Assembly (NCBI GenBank): GCA_963813075.1
Contig: CAWEXU010000004.1
Location: 320,001-384,000 of the forward strand
Length of the DNA stretch: 64,000 bases
Reading direction: 5' to 3'
Source: Methanotrichaceae archaeon
GTDB taxonomy: Archaea; Halobacteriota; Methanosarcinia; Methanotrichales; Methanotrichaceae
The notes beneath the pieces were generated by a model that searched no databases, had not been told where the DNA came from, and saw only the letters and a program-made list of their open reading frames with translations. Shown one piece after another: positions 42,557-54,340 of this stretch; position 1 is the stretch's first letter; every line of letters starts with the position of its first letter. The position numbers were made by a program, and so were the translations under genes.

Positions 42557-42979
42557 ATGATACGGTTTTTTGAATCATCGGATATGAATGACGTCCTGAG
42601 CATTTGGCTGAAAGCCTCAATCAGGGCGCATGGCTTTGTTGCAAAGGAATTTTGGGAATCAAGAGTTGAAGACATGCGCGAAATGTATATCCCAGCTTCC
42701 GAGACTTATGTCTTCTCAGAGAACGGAGCCATTTTGGGCTTTTTCTCTCTCCAGGCAGATTCGTTGGCGGCGATGTTCGTCTCTCCTGATGCCCAGGGCA
42801 GGGGGATTGGCCAGAAGCTGATGAATAAAGCAAAATCGCTGAGAAGAAAATTGAATCTTTCCGTATATCGCGAGAATGAGAAAAGCATTCAGTTTTACAG
42901 GAAATGCGGATTCAAAACTGTAGAGGAAAGAGTTGACGAAGGCACGGGGCATATTGAAATCTTAATGGAGTACGGCTAA
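42557..42979 (+). CDS. GNAT-family acetyltransferase (YjaB/YiaC-like)
   Basis: MFVSPDAQGRGIG, N.KSIQFYRKCGF. Confidence 0.9.
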   Translation: MIRFFESSDMNDVLSIWLKASIRAHGFVAKEFWESRVEDMREMYIPASETYVFSENGAILGFFSLQADSLAAMFVSPDAQGRGIGQKLMNKAKSLRRKLNLSVYRENEKSIQFYRKCGFKTVEERVDEGTGHIEILMEYG

Positions 42980-43201
42980 TAATAGCAGCCTGAACGGCGG
43001 GAACAAGCACACTCTCCCGTCTCAGATGAATCAGCCCCCGTCCCCGGGCCGATGCTGGACTATGCCTGCGGTCTCCTTCACGAGAAGATATATGCCTGGT
43101 GAGCTTTCAGCTAAGAGATCAGCACTCCTGTGGAGAGACGAATATACCGGTGCATTCTCCGCCCTCCTCCCAGAACATATACAGGAGCTGAGGATCAAGT
43201 T

Positions 43202-43259
43202 GGCGCAATGATGATATGGCCTGTCTGATTGATGATGAGGATATTGAGTTCTGAGCGCC
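43202..43259 (+). ncRNA. Box C/D guide sRNA (predicted target tRNA-Leu(CAA))
   Basis: GGCGC/GCGCC stem; C ATGATGA 43208, D' CTGA 43225, C' ATGATGA 43232, D CTGA 43251; 10-nt and 12-nt guides. Confidence 0.88.
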
Positions 43260-44230
43260 TATAGATCCCTTCCCGGAGCGAGATCGCAGCCAGTGCACTG
43301 GTAGCAGCCGGTGAGAGCCTGGCTTCCGTCCAGACCGTTCTCATCCAGCTTCATCTTCAGGTATCGCGCCAGCCCCAGCAGCCTTTCCGCCGAAGGCCGG
43401 ACTATATCCGCCTCCCCCTGGCGCAGGGGATGGGGATAAGCCGCCCGCAGGATGGGAAGAACGCCCATACCCGTAAGCTCATCTATACCCCGCAGGAGGG
43501 ACTGGTCCGACTCCCCCAGGCCGATGATCAGATTGGAGAAGACATGGTTTGGGCCGAACAATTCCACTGCCTCCTCCAGAGCATCCATTATCTCCTGATA
43601 GGACAATCCCGGGCAGACCCGGGCAAATATTTCCCGATCGACCGTCTCCAGATTGTACTTGACCTCATTCGCCCCCGCATCCAAAAGAATCCGGTTGACC
43701 CCGGGAAAGGGATTGACAGAGACCCCGATTGGCACACCGAATCCCTTTAAATCGCGAACCAGAGCCGCCACCCTCTCCGCCTCCTGCTGGGGGGAGACCT
43801 CAGTGCCGCTGGTCAGGGAGATGGACTCCAGCCTGCCCGTGGCCTTCGCCTCACTCACCATCTCCATCACCCTCTGGTGAGACTTCACCTTCCCCATCAG
43901 CCTGGGCACAGCACAGAACTTGCAGTCGTAGATGCAGCGCTCGGAGATGGTGATGTAGGCCTGACCGGGACAGTGCAGGAGGGGATCGACCACCCTGCCC
44001 CGGGCAATCACCCTGCCCTGCAGAGTTATGGCCGCGCCATCCCCATCCATCTCCAGTTGGAGGGTGGAGCTATCCACTACCGATAGGCGCACCATATGCG
44101 AGCCGGACTGAAAGAAGACCGAGCTTTCCCCGGCACCTGGGCCAGCGGTGGACGCCCCACCTCCGCGGCCAGGCTGGGTGAGCTGAACCGTTCCCAGGGA
44201 GATAAGTTGGGCTTTTGTCTCCAGATCCAT
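43259..44230 (-). CDS. Radical SAM protein (biotin-synthase-like, archaeal)
   Basis: CIYDCKFC; NLET; C-terminal GCYQCTGCDL. Confidence 0.85.
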   Translation of the reverse strand: MDLETKAQLISLGTVQLTQPGRGGGASTAGPGAGESSVFFQSGSHMVRLSVVDSSTLQLEMDGDGAAITLQGRVIARGRVVDPLLHCPGQAYITISERCIYDCKFCAVPRLMGKVKSHQRVMEMVSEAKATGRLESISLTSGTEVSPQQEAERVAALVRDLKGFGVPIGVSVNPFPGVNRILLDAGANEVKYNLETVDREIFARVCPGLSYQEIMDALEEAVELFGPNHVFSNLIIGLGESDQSLLRGIDELTGMGVLPILRAAYPHPLRQGEADIVRPSAERLLGLARYLKMKLDENGLDGSQALTGCYQCTGCDLAPGRDL

Positions 44231-44330
44231 TCACCGCAATTCTCATTTTCCAGGTTAAAGAAATGATGGTCTGGGCAATGAGGTTTATTACCCATTCCTA
44301 TTCAATAGACATCTGCACTGGGCGGTATCC

Positions 44331-45335
44331 ATGAACGAGGCAATGATATTTTTCGCTGGCCTTCTCGCTCTCATCCTGGGAGCGGAGCTGGTAGTGCGAG
44401 GAGCATCGCGCCTGGCGGCATTGCTGGGGGTAAAACCTCTGCTGATAGGCCTCACCATCGTCTCCATCGGCACCAGCATGCCCGAGCTGGCAGTGGCCAT
44501 CACCGCCGGTCTGCAGGGGAGCAGCCCCCTGGCGGTGGCCAACGTCGCAGGCACCAATCTGGTCAACATCCTCTTCATCCTCGGCCTGAGCGCATTGATC
44601 CGGCCCCTGGCCCTCCACCTGCAGGTCCTCAACCTGGACCTGCCCATGATGATCGTCGCCGCCGCCGCTCTGGCCGGCCTGACCTCAGATGGGGTCCTGA
44701 CCCCACTGGAAGGAGGCCTGATGGTTGGAGCATCCGTAATTTATACCGTGGCCGTGGTCCGCAGCAGCAGGGCTGAGTCTGCTTATGTGAAAAGGGAGTT
44801 CGAGGACATGTGCGGCGACGGCTTCATGAAAGGCTGCCGCCCGGAGGCTCTGTCCCCTGACAGAAAAGAGCTGCTGGCAAGGGCGAAGTATGCCGCCATG
44901 CTCATCGCGGGAATGTCCATAACGGTAATTGGGGCCGGCTGGCTGGTGGATGGGGCGACGGTTCTCGCCCGGACGCTCAATATCCCGGAGGCAATAATCG
45001 GCCTTACCGTCGTCGCCATCGGCACATCAGCTCCGGAGCTGGTCACCACAGTCGTCGCCACCCTCAGAGATGAGAGGGACGTCGCCATCGGCAACCTTCT
45101 GGGAAGCAGCATCTACAACATTCTCCTCATACTGGGCCTTGCCGCCATGGTCACTCCGGGAGGCCTCTCTGTGACCCGCCAGCTCCAGCTCTTCGACATC
45201 CCCCTGATGACTCTGGTCGCCCTGGCCTGCGTGCCCGTATTCCTCACCGGCAGGTGCATCTCCCGGATGGAGGGAGGGCTGGGAGTGGCTGCTTATCTGA
45301 TATACCTGATATGGCTGGTCCTGTTCCGGGCCTGA
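44331..45335 (+). CDS. Calcium/sodium antiporter (YrbG/CaCA)
   Basis: Two alpha repeats GTSMPE / GTSAPE, GNLLGS. Confidence 0.92.
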   Translation: MNEAMIFFAGLLALILGAELVVRGASRLAALLGVKPLLIGLTIVSIGTSMPELAVAITAGLQGSSPLAVANVAGTNLVNILFILGLSALIRPLALHLQVLNLDLPMMIVAAAALAGLTSDGVLTPLEGGLMVGASVIYTVAVVRSSRAESAYVKREFEDMCGDGFMKGCRPEALSPDRKELLARAKYAAMLIAGMSITVIGAGWLVDGATVLARTLNIPEAIIGLTVVAIGTSAPELVTTVVATLRDERDVAIGNLLGSSIYNILLILGLAAMVTPGGLSVTRQLQLFDIPLMTLVALACVPVFLTGRCISRMEGGLGVAAYLIYLIWLVLFRA

Positions 45336-45435
45336 TGCCCCCGGATGATAGTCGGCAGCTGAAGTCTCCACCCCGGAGTGCAGCGGGGCAGAAGAGACAT
45401 TCTTCAAGATCCGAAAATCTACCAGGGGGTATGAT

Positions 45436-46943
45436 CTACTGCTCAGGCTGGATATCCTCCGCCACGATCTCCTTTTTCTCCACCAATGATCGAAGGAGTT
45501 CCAGGGACGGGCCGCTGGACTGGACGGAGAGGCGGTCTCCCCCCTTCAGAACGGTGCTCCCGCCGGGACGGAGGGGGTGGCCTTCCCTTCTCACCACCGC
45601 AATCCAGGTGTCATCAGGCAGGTTGAGGTCTGCGATCTGCTTTCCATCGGCTGCGCTGCCCGGCAGAACCCTGAGCTTCACCAACGGCTCCCACTCATCT
45701 TTTCCTGCCACCGCCTCCGGCGGCTCGGGGAGAGAGAGCCAGGGGGGCATAAACCCCCAGCCTGCGGGCGACGAAAGGTATGCTTGACCCCTGCACCAAT
45801 ACACTGGTCAGTACCACGAAGAAGACCACATTGAAGATCATATCCGCCTTCTGGACCCCGGATATGAGAGGGAATGTGGCCAGGATGATGGGGACCGACC
45901 CCCGCAGGCCCACCCAGGAGACCATCACCCTCTCTTTAAGGGGCATTTTCCGGAAGGGCAACAGGCAGATGAGTACGGCAATCGGTCGGGCCAGGAACAT
46001 CAGCACAAAGCAGATGAACAGACCAATGCCCGCCACTGGGAGGAGCTGGGAGGGAAAAACCAGCAGCCCCAGGGTCAAGAACATGACGATCTGCATCAGC
46101 CAGGCCATGCTGTCATGGTCATCTATCAAGCTGCGCTTGTGGATAAAAGAGTGGCTGCCCAGGCTCAATCCAGCAATGTAGACGGCCAGAAAACCATTCC
46201 CCCCGAGAGCTGCAGTCAAGGCATAGGTCAGCAGAACCAGAGATATGGTCAGCAGCGGATAGAGGCCCCGATAATCAAGGCGAATGCGATTGACGACGAT
46301 GGCCATGCCCCGGCCCATAATGTAGCCGAATACCGCTCCCAGGGCCATCTGCTGGGCGAAGATGGAGATCAGAGCGGTGGGGGAGGCAATCGCCCCGGTG
46401 ATCAATGCAATCAGAGCTGGTGGTAAGGAAGATGGCCATGGGATCGTTGCTGCCCGACTCCAGCTCCAAAAGAGGCCTCAGATCTCCTTTCAGGCTGATC
46501 TGCTTTGAGCGGAGAATGGAGAATACCGCGGCAGCATCGGTGGAGGAGATGATTGCCGCCAGGAGCATCGCCTCCAGGAGGCTGAAGTCCAGCACATAGT
46601 AGGCAGCATAGCCGACGATGATGGCGGTGAGCATGACCCCCACCGTGGAGAGGACCACCCCTCTCCACAGGACGGGCTTGATCTCCTTCCATTTGGTGTC
46701 CAGGCCGCCGGAGAAGAGGATGAAGATCATGGCCACTGTCCCCAGGTACTGGGCCAGCCAGGGATTGTTGAACTCGATCCCCCCCGGCCCGTCTGAGCCG
46801 GCCAGCATGCCGATCAGCAGAAATAAAACCAGGGTGGGCACACCCAGCTGGGTGGACGCCTTGCTGGAGACTACGCTCAAAAGGAGCATAACGGCCACGC
46901 CCAGCAGAAGGTATTCCAGCAAGATCATAACATTATTTTCCAC
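45436..46943 (-). CDS. K+/H+ antiporter (CvrA/NhaP2-like) with TrkA-C domain; two frameshifts
   Basis: [45 protein letters not shown] spread across three ORFs. Confidence 0.88.
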
Positions 46944-47008
46944 TTCCTTACATCGATATTAGCCTTCTTGATAGTGACCGGTCGATCATGTCGGGGGCGG
47001 CCTACGAA

Positions 47009-49021
47009 CTACGAGGCCACATTCTTGCGAAGCGCATCTGCCTTGCCGAACAGATCGGCCACGGAGGCTATCCGATCTCGGAGCCCAGGATGATGGCCAC
47101 ATCATCCGGCTGAAGAACGAAGCTCTCATCAGGATGGTTGATCACCTGAGATTCCCTATTCACCGCCAGCAAGGATATGCCTATCTCCCTCAGTCCGATC
47201 TCCTCCAGCGACCTTCCTGCCGCAGGCGAGCCGGCCAGGACCTTGAGGGTGAAGAACTCATTCTGAATCATGTTAAGGTCAGTGGTGCAGTTGGGCTCTG
47301 ACCGAGATGCTGCGAAACATCTCATACCCATCTGCCCGGATATGGTTTATGAAGGAGTCGATCCTCTCCCTGGGCACCTCGTACCTCTCCAGCACCCGGC
47401 AGAATATCTCCACGCTGGTCTCATACTCCTCTGGAATGACCTCATTCGCCCCCAGACGGTACAGAGAGCTCATTTCATGAATGTATCTGGTCCTGTCGAT
47501 TATATAAATATCAGGGTTCAGCCTCTGGCCAGATCGGTCACCCTGCGGGTTGCCGACCGATCGGAGATGGCCACCACCAGCACCCGAGCGCTCTTGATCC
47601 CGGCATTCAGCAGGACATGCTCTTGGGTGGCATCTCCATATCGAATGGGCTCGCCGATTCTGAACTCGGATTTCACTGTCTCCGGATCGATGTCCACTAT
47701 GACATACGGTATGCCCTCGCTCTTGGCAGATAGGGCCACATTCCTGCCATTCACCCCATATCCGATGATGATCAGGTGGTCATTCATCGCCTTGACATCC
47801 GGCAGATCAGCGGGCAGGGATGCTGGCCCTCTCGCCTGGCAAGGGGGAGCCTTGTTGCAGCGTCCGCCAGCCTTGATGATACCGCTATGATGGAGGAAGT
47901 GGCCACCATGGTCAGGACGGCGACATCCAGAAATATCCGGTAGAGCTCCGGGCTGAGCAGGCCGTACTCCAGGCCGACCTTGGAGAGGACGAAGGAGAAC
48001 TCCCCGACCTGGCTCAGGGCCAGTCCGACCAGAACGGCAATTCTCAGGGGCAGGCCCATGATGGCCACCGTGGCCCCGGCGATCAGGGATTTCAGGAGCA
48101 TCACCCCAAAAGCGAGGAGAATGACATAGAAGGGATTGGCTATCAGAAAGCGGACATCCAGGAGCATGCCGATGGAGACGAAAAAGAAGCTGGTGAAGGC
48201 ATCCCGCAGGGGCAGCACATTGCCAAAGGCCTGGTGGCTGTACTGGGACTCGGATATGGTAAGGCCGGCCAGAAATGCCCCCAAACCCAAAGACAATCCC
48301 GCAGACGAGGTGACAAATGCCACGGCAAAGCATATCGCCACCAGGCTCAGGAGGAACAGCTCCCGATCGTCCGTCCGGGCGATGTGGTAAAGGGCAAAAG
48401 GCACCAGCCATTTGGCGCTGATGATCACCAGGGCGATCAGGACCAGGCCCTCGGCCAGAATGATGAGAGGAGATTCGGGAATCTCGCCCACCGCGCCAGG
48501 CAGGAGGGGGACGGCCAGCATCAGAGGGACCATGGCGATATCCTGGAAGATGAGAATGCCAAGGATCGTCCTGCCCTGGGGGTGTACATCTCGGATTTTT
48601 TCTGGACAATTCGCAGCACAATGGCCGTACTGCTCATGGATACCAGAAATCCGATCAGGACTGCCGTGCCCACCGGCTGGCCGAAGTAGATCAGCAGGGC
48701 ATAGACGGCGAGGATGGTCAGGGCGAGCTGAAGGGTGCCCCCAACCAGGACATACTTTTTCATGCGCACCAGGTCTTTCAGAGAGATCTCCATTCCGATG
48801 GTGAAGAGCAAGAGGATGACCCCTATCTCCGCCAGGACATCGACCTCTTCAGTGGCCTGGATCAGTCTAAGCCCCTGGGGGCCGGCCAGTATCCCCGTAA
48901 AGATGAAACCAACTATGGCCGGTGCCCTGATCTTATGAAATATGAAGAGGACTGATACCGAAAGCACAAATATGACTGCTATATCCCCAAGAAGCGACAT
49001 TTGCAGATCTATCAACCCCAC
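47009..49021 (-). CDS. CPA2/Kef-type cation:proton antiporter with TrkA-N/C domains; multiple frameshifts
   Basis: AEIGVILLLFTIG.E, SSTAIV, GAFLAG, SQVGEFSF, IIGYGVNG, GDAT, GANEVIPEE across five ORFs. Confidence 0.85.
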
Positions 49022-49161
49022 CCACTGGCCCAGTTTATATCAAATGTCATTGATTATAATCATTTGCCGTGATTGCATAAAAAATTGCCCATCCAGATGC
49101 ACTGGCAGAGGAAGAGAAAAAGGAAAATGTGGGGCCCCATCCGGTCAACGAAAATGGTGAC

Positions 49162-49500
49162 TTATAGCAGCCTGGTGGCCTCCGTTGGCCTGGGGGTCTT
49201 GACCACCAGGATTCGGGTGACTCTATCGCTCTGGTTCGACCAGCGATGGGGAATCTTTGCCGGGCTCTCGATCAGCGTATCCGGACCTACCTCTGCCTTT
49301 TCCTCGCCGATCTCCACCACCCCCACTCCCTCCAGGACATAAAAGATCACATCCACCGGGGTGATGTGCTTTTTCAATGACTCGCCCGGCTGGAGGGTTA
49401 TATGGACCACCTGGGCGCTCTCGGTATCGCTGATGCTCCGGGCATCCACCCCATGGGGATTGGGCTTGCTGGAGATATCCTTGACCTGCACGATCTTCAT
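49162..49500 (-). CDS. Cupin domain protein
   Basis: LQPGE..HITP..YVLEG, PAKIPH; start MKIVQV. Confidence 0.87.
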   Translation of the reverse strand: MKIVQVKDISSKPNPHGVDARSISDTESAQVVHITLQPGESLKKHITPVDVIFYVLEGVGVVEIGEEKAEVGPDTLIESPAKIPHRWSNQSDRVTRILVVKTPRPTEATRLL

Positions 49501-49595
49501 AAGTTCCTTATCTTTCCTCCATCCGGCATAAGCATTTCCCTGTATGCGGCATTGGCCCATGCATTCGCCAGATCATGCGAACACGTTGAATCGAT

Positions 49596-50338
49596 TCATC
49601 CCCGAAATGAATAACCGATCGCATTCTCCGGGCAGACCTCAACACAGCCGCCGCAGAGGATGCATTCGCGGTTTTCCATAACCCCCTGACGGACCATGAG
49701 GTTCACATCAAGGCTCATGGGACAGGTTCCTGAGCACCTTTTGCAATTCGAACAGCGGCCCGCATCAGCGAAAAGGTGCAGCGCAGGCCAGCGGAATAGG
49801 TTTCGGATCTTCCAACCGGCGATGAGAATTACGGCGATCGGGCAGAAGTAATGGCAAAAGCCACGCTTGCCGGCCAGCAGGGCAAAGGCGGTGAAAAAAG
49901 CGATCTGGACAAAGAATATCGTATACGACCCCGGTTGTGCAATTGATATGCCTTGACGGGTATTATAAAAGAGATCAATAGTTGTCAGTCCACCTGCAGA
50001 GCGAATTGCAGAGAACGAGTGGGATAAAAAGTATGAACAGGAATACCGGATATTTAATCCAGTTCATCCACCCTATTCTGAACATTTTTATCATTTAGGA
50101 GAACTAAAATTTCCTGCAAGCCGCCTCCCGGGCAGAGCCATCCGCACCACAGCCTGCCCAAAACAAGAGAGCTAATGAAAAGGAAAACGAATACTATAAG
50201 CCCGCCAGTGGCAACTCCTTCCGATGCACCCCGGATAATTATCGGACAGGATATATAAGCAAAGGTGGCAGGCAATAGCAGGAACGAGAGGACGATCATC
50301 GCTCTCCGGGTTCTCTGGCTGGCGGGAAATTTAGTCAT
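49596..50338 (-). CDS. Membrane 4Fe-4S binding protein (NapH/MauN-like), frameshifted near 50030-50060
   Basis: GRLWCGWLCPGG; downstream frame RGFCHYFCP, CSNCKRCSGTCPM, ECILCGGCVEVCP. Confidence 0.82.
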
Positions 50339-50344
50339 AAAATT

Positions 50345-50749
50345 TTATATGACCTGCTTCCTGACAACCGTATCCGAAAGCCTATTGAAGAGCCGCTGCC
50401 TCTTTTCCCGATAGACAAATAGGCCGATCAGGCAATCGAGGGGAAGGAGAAAGGCCTTGCCCAAGGACTGCATGGCCGAATCCCCAAAGCCTATGGCCTC
50501 CCCATAAGGGCCCACAACCACGATATTGAGCAGCATCTTTCCCAGGGACTGCCCCCGGTATCCCTCCAGCGCCGTCCAGTAGACGAACATCAGAGCGGAT
50601 AGCATCAGCAATGCGTCCAGCTGCATTGGATCGATCCCGAGGACCAACACCAATCTATGCCATACCAGGCCCATCAGCAGGACATCGATCAGCCAGGCCC
50701 AGAAGCGATCACTCCAACTGGCCAGCACCAATTCATCCAACCCAGTCAC
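50345..50749 (-). CDS. RDD family membrane protein
   Basis: ASWSDRFWAWLID, GQSLGK, QRLFNRLSDTVV. Confidence 0.88.
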   Translation of the reverse strand: MTGLDELVLASWSDRFWAWLIDVLLMGLVWHRLVLVLGIDPMQLDALLMLSALMFVYWTALEGYRGQSLGKMLLNIVVVGPYGEAIGFGDSAMQSLGKAFLLPLDCLIGLFVYREKRQRLFNRLSDTVVRKQVI

Positions 50750-50790
50750 TTCCCCCAGATTCAGTCTTAATCAATAGGCCTGATCCACCC

Positions 50791-51842
50791 TCAGGCCTTA
50801 CTCTGCCTCTTCTTATAGATATAGACTCCAATGGCAATCAAGAGAATGACAGCCAGTGCTATCGGCAGGAGAAGAGAGCGGGCGGCAGGCTCAACCTTTA
50901 CCGGTATTTTCATGCTCTCCGAGATCACCGTGTCACCGTTGACATCGGTATACTTGATCTCGCTGCTAATACCGTAATCCTTGGGCGTAGCATCGGAGTC
51001 AACATCCATCCGGAAGAGGACAGTGGTCTCATTTCCCGGCTCCAAATTCCCGATGAAGGCCTGATCATCGGTGGAGGAGAAGGGCTTGAAGATGGAAAGC
51101 CTGGCCACAGCATCCCGCACCGGTTCCTCGCCGATATTCCTGTAGGTGGCGCGGATTTCTTGCTTCTTGCCCCCGGCCGTAAGCTCCGCGGTGGTGTTCT
51201 GGATCACAAAGTCTGCCTGCTTTTTGACCCGGATGGTGACGGGCACCGTCTGGTTGGCCTTCTGGTAGACATAAGAGACCCGGTAGTTGGAGAAGGTGGA
51301 TGTGCCCCCCTCGGTAACTAGCTTCGAGGCATAAACCCGGACGTTATCCTGATAGTCATAAGTCATGTTCAGGTGGAGAGGATACTCTCCGGCAGGAGCA
51401 TGCTCCCCGATCTTGATGCTGAACTTGAGAGGGGACTGGGTCTTGTCCCCAGACTTGAGCGACTCGACCACCTGGTCGCCTGACTTCACCTCAATCTGAG
51501 GCCCCTGGAGACCAGGGTGGCGGTGACCCCGAGAGCGGTGGGCTTCTTGTTCTCCTCCTCCAGTTCGGCACTGGCCAGGGCATACTCCTTGGCATTCTGG
51601 GGCATCTGGTCCTGCTTGAAGCCTATGATCCGGCCGTAGTTGGTCAGATCCAGATAGAGGGTGACGGTATCTCCCCGCTCGAACTCATCTGTGCCGGATA
51701 TGCTCGCGGATATGTCCGGACTGCCGTACATGCTGTAGTAATTGTCCCCGCCAAGCTCCAGGGGTATGTAGCTGTTCTGGGCTAACCCCGGAACCAGGAG
51801 GATGAACATCGAAGCCAGGGCGATGGCAAACTTAATTTCCAT
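50791..51842 (-). CDS. COG1361-type S-layer domain protein, frameshift near 51500
   Basis: Signal peptide, EFERGDTV, PFSSTDDQAFIG.L.PG, C-terminal TM with basic tail. Confidence 0.8.
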
Positions 51843-54160
51843 TGATTCTTCTCCATCTTTGGTTGTTTATAAGCGTAATAGCTCTTTTCAGTTCCTGTTT
51901 TGCATTCTCTAATACTTCTCGCTGAACTTCCATTCTGATGGCCAGGACCACGAACACGGTGAAGGTGGTGACCAGAGCGAGGACCACCGACATCACCGTG
52001 ACCACTCCGAAGTTGCTGATAATGTTGAAAGGAGATGCGATCAGAGCGCCAAAGCCGAAGATGACCGCCATCCCCGATGCCACCAGCGCCGATCCTATGC
52101 GGTTGGCGGTGATCTTCAGGGCATCGTAGGGGTTGCCCACATTTCCCAGCTCCTCATAGAAGCGCTCCATCATAAGTATGGAGTACTCAGAGCCCACCCC
52201 CAGGACCAGAGCGCCTAAAGTGGCGGTGAGGGGGGTGTACTTCAGCCCGCCGTAATACATGACCAGACCCATCCAGCCGATCACCACCAGCATGGGCAGC
52301 ACTGGCAGGAGGGCCTTGATCAGGTCCCGGTAGATCAGTAGCAGCAAGACGAAGATCAGGAAGCAGACCAAGCAGGGACATCTCCACCCTCCCCTCAGTC
52401 AGGGCATCCATGACCGTGGTCATAAGCACCGGCTGGCCGGTGATCCGCACGGAGACCCCAGGAGGTGGGGTATGCCAGGCCAGGTCATCCTCATAGGACC
52501 GGACCAGCCGCTCCATGCCTTCCGTTCCCAGGTTGAGCTGGGCATTGCCTATATTCACGTCAATTATCGCCAGGTTGTGGCCGTTGAGGTATGCATTGCT
52601 GACCGAAGGGGGCAGAGAGTCGATGATCTCCCGGGCTCTAGTGGTATCAGCGGGCAGCTCTCCCCCATTGGCCGCTTTGATATAGGTGGCAATGCTGGTG
52701 GCCAATTCCGTCCGGTCCTCTCTGGACCTCATCAGGTAGCTGCCGAAATCATCCATCCATTTGAGGTTCTCGGGATCGGTGACATCATCTGCCTGGATCA
52801 GGAACTTGATTGAGTCAGTTCCTCCATAGACGTCTTTCATATGCTTCAGGTCGATCAGCGGCGGCAGGTCCGAGGGGATATAGTTCTGGGAGTTCGTTTC
52901 TATGGGGACCAGAACATCGGCATAATTTCCCGCCAGGGCCAGGATTAAAGCCAGGGCCAGAACCGCCTTCCATCTCTCTATGCAGAAGGTGGCAGTCCTC
53001 TCAATGAATGAGCCAATTGGCGAGCCATTCTCAGAATGGGCTGCAGCCATCTTCTTTCTGGGCAACCTCTTCTCGGACTGATAAAGGATGGTCATGTTAA
53101 CAAAAAGGGCGGATAGGTAGCACATGACAAGACCTATCATGCACATCTTTCCGAAGTCCTGGGTCGATGGCACGGTGGAGCTGAGAAGAGAGAAGAAGCC
53201 CGCTTCGGTTACCGCCAGGGCGACGAGCACCGGGATGGCCACATATTTCACCGTTCTCATAGACGCTTCCAGGACGGTCTTGCCTTTGGTTATCTCCTCA
53301 TCCATCCGGTTGTGAAACTGGATGGCATAGTCTATGCCTATGCCGATCATGATGGGGAAAGCGGCAAATGTGGTCATACCCATGCGAATATGGAGGAGGC
53401 CCATAGCACCCAGGGTCCAGATGATCCCCAGCAGGACCACGGGCAGGGGGAGAAGCGACCACCTGACATGCCGGAAAAAGAGCAGCAGGGCCACGATCAT
53501 CAGCAGGCCGCACAGGGCGAGGATCTGACCGTTGGTGCGGTTCATCATCTCCATGATCGCCGCCTGGAAGGAGGGGTCGCCGGTGATGGTCACCCCGTAT
53601 CCCGAGGGGAACTCTGCATAATCCACTGCGTTCTCTATTTCCTGGAGGAGCTTGTTTCGCTGCTCTTCGTTCAGGGTGGAGGTGGTGGGCATGCCGATGA
53701 TGATCCGGGTGTGGCCCCGATCCGGCATCAGCTGGGCAATGGCGGAGCCTGCATTGGCCAGGATTTCGTCTATCCTATCCTGCGAGGGGATCTGGCGGAT
53801 GCCCGTTCTTTTGTATTCCTCGTCCGCTACCCAGTCGGCAGCGCTCTGCACGCCCAGGACATGCTCCACCTGGTGCATATGATCCGATAATCGCAGGATG
53901 GCAGAGAGAACCTCGGCCCTTGCCACGTCATCCCCCTCGATGAGAATCATATTGCCATCAGAGCCGAAGTTCTCCAGGTAGAGGTGATCGTAAAGCTGAT
54001 AGAGGGCGGAATCTTTGGAGACGAAGGCCTCAGTGGTCATGCCCTGGCTCTCTATCTGCTGTGCATAGTGAAAAGAGACCAGTGTCAGGATAACTGCTAC
54101 CACGATGATTATCCCAGGATTGCCCGTGATCCATGCTCCCAATCGCTCCAGGTCAGCCAT
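51832..54160 (-). CDS. RND/MMPL (HAE3-type) exporter, frameshift near 52372
   Basis: IGIGIDYAIQFHNR and LGVGSEYSIL..ERF TM4 motifs; two large loops. Confidence 0.88.
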
Positions 54161-54340
54161 AGCAGTTAAACCCTCTATCCGGATTTTTTCGAACGAACCA
54201 AATTGTGGCGATATACTTAAACTTTGTGTCTTGTTGATGAAAGGTTATGGCGATAGCTCCCCCGGTTTATCCAGATCTACCCCGCCACCAGTTCCCTAAT
54301 TGACGGAAGCTTAATCTTCGATGAGGCCCAATTCACTGCC

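Noticed and set aside
42490..42560. GAGGAAATGTCC resembling the RNase P RNA conserved motif
   Set aside because: Imperfect match, and no downstream P4 partner before the GNAT coding region
42960..43020. Possible integron attC after the GNAT gene
   Set aside because: No RYYYAAC/GTTRRRY palindrome and no integrase; the region is explained by the duplicated gene fragment
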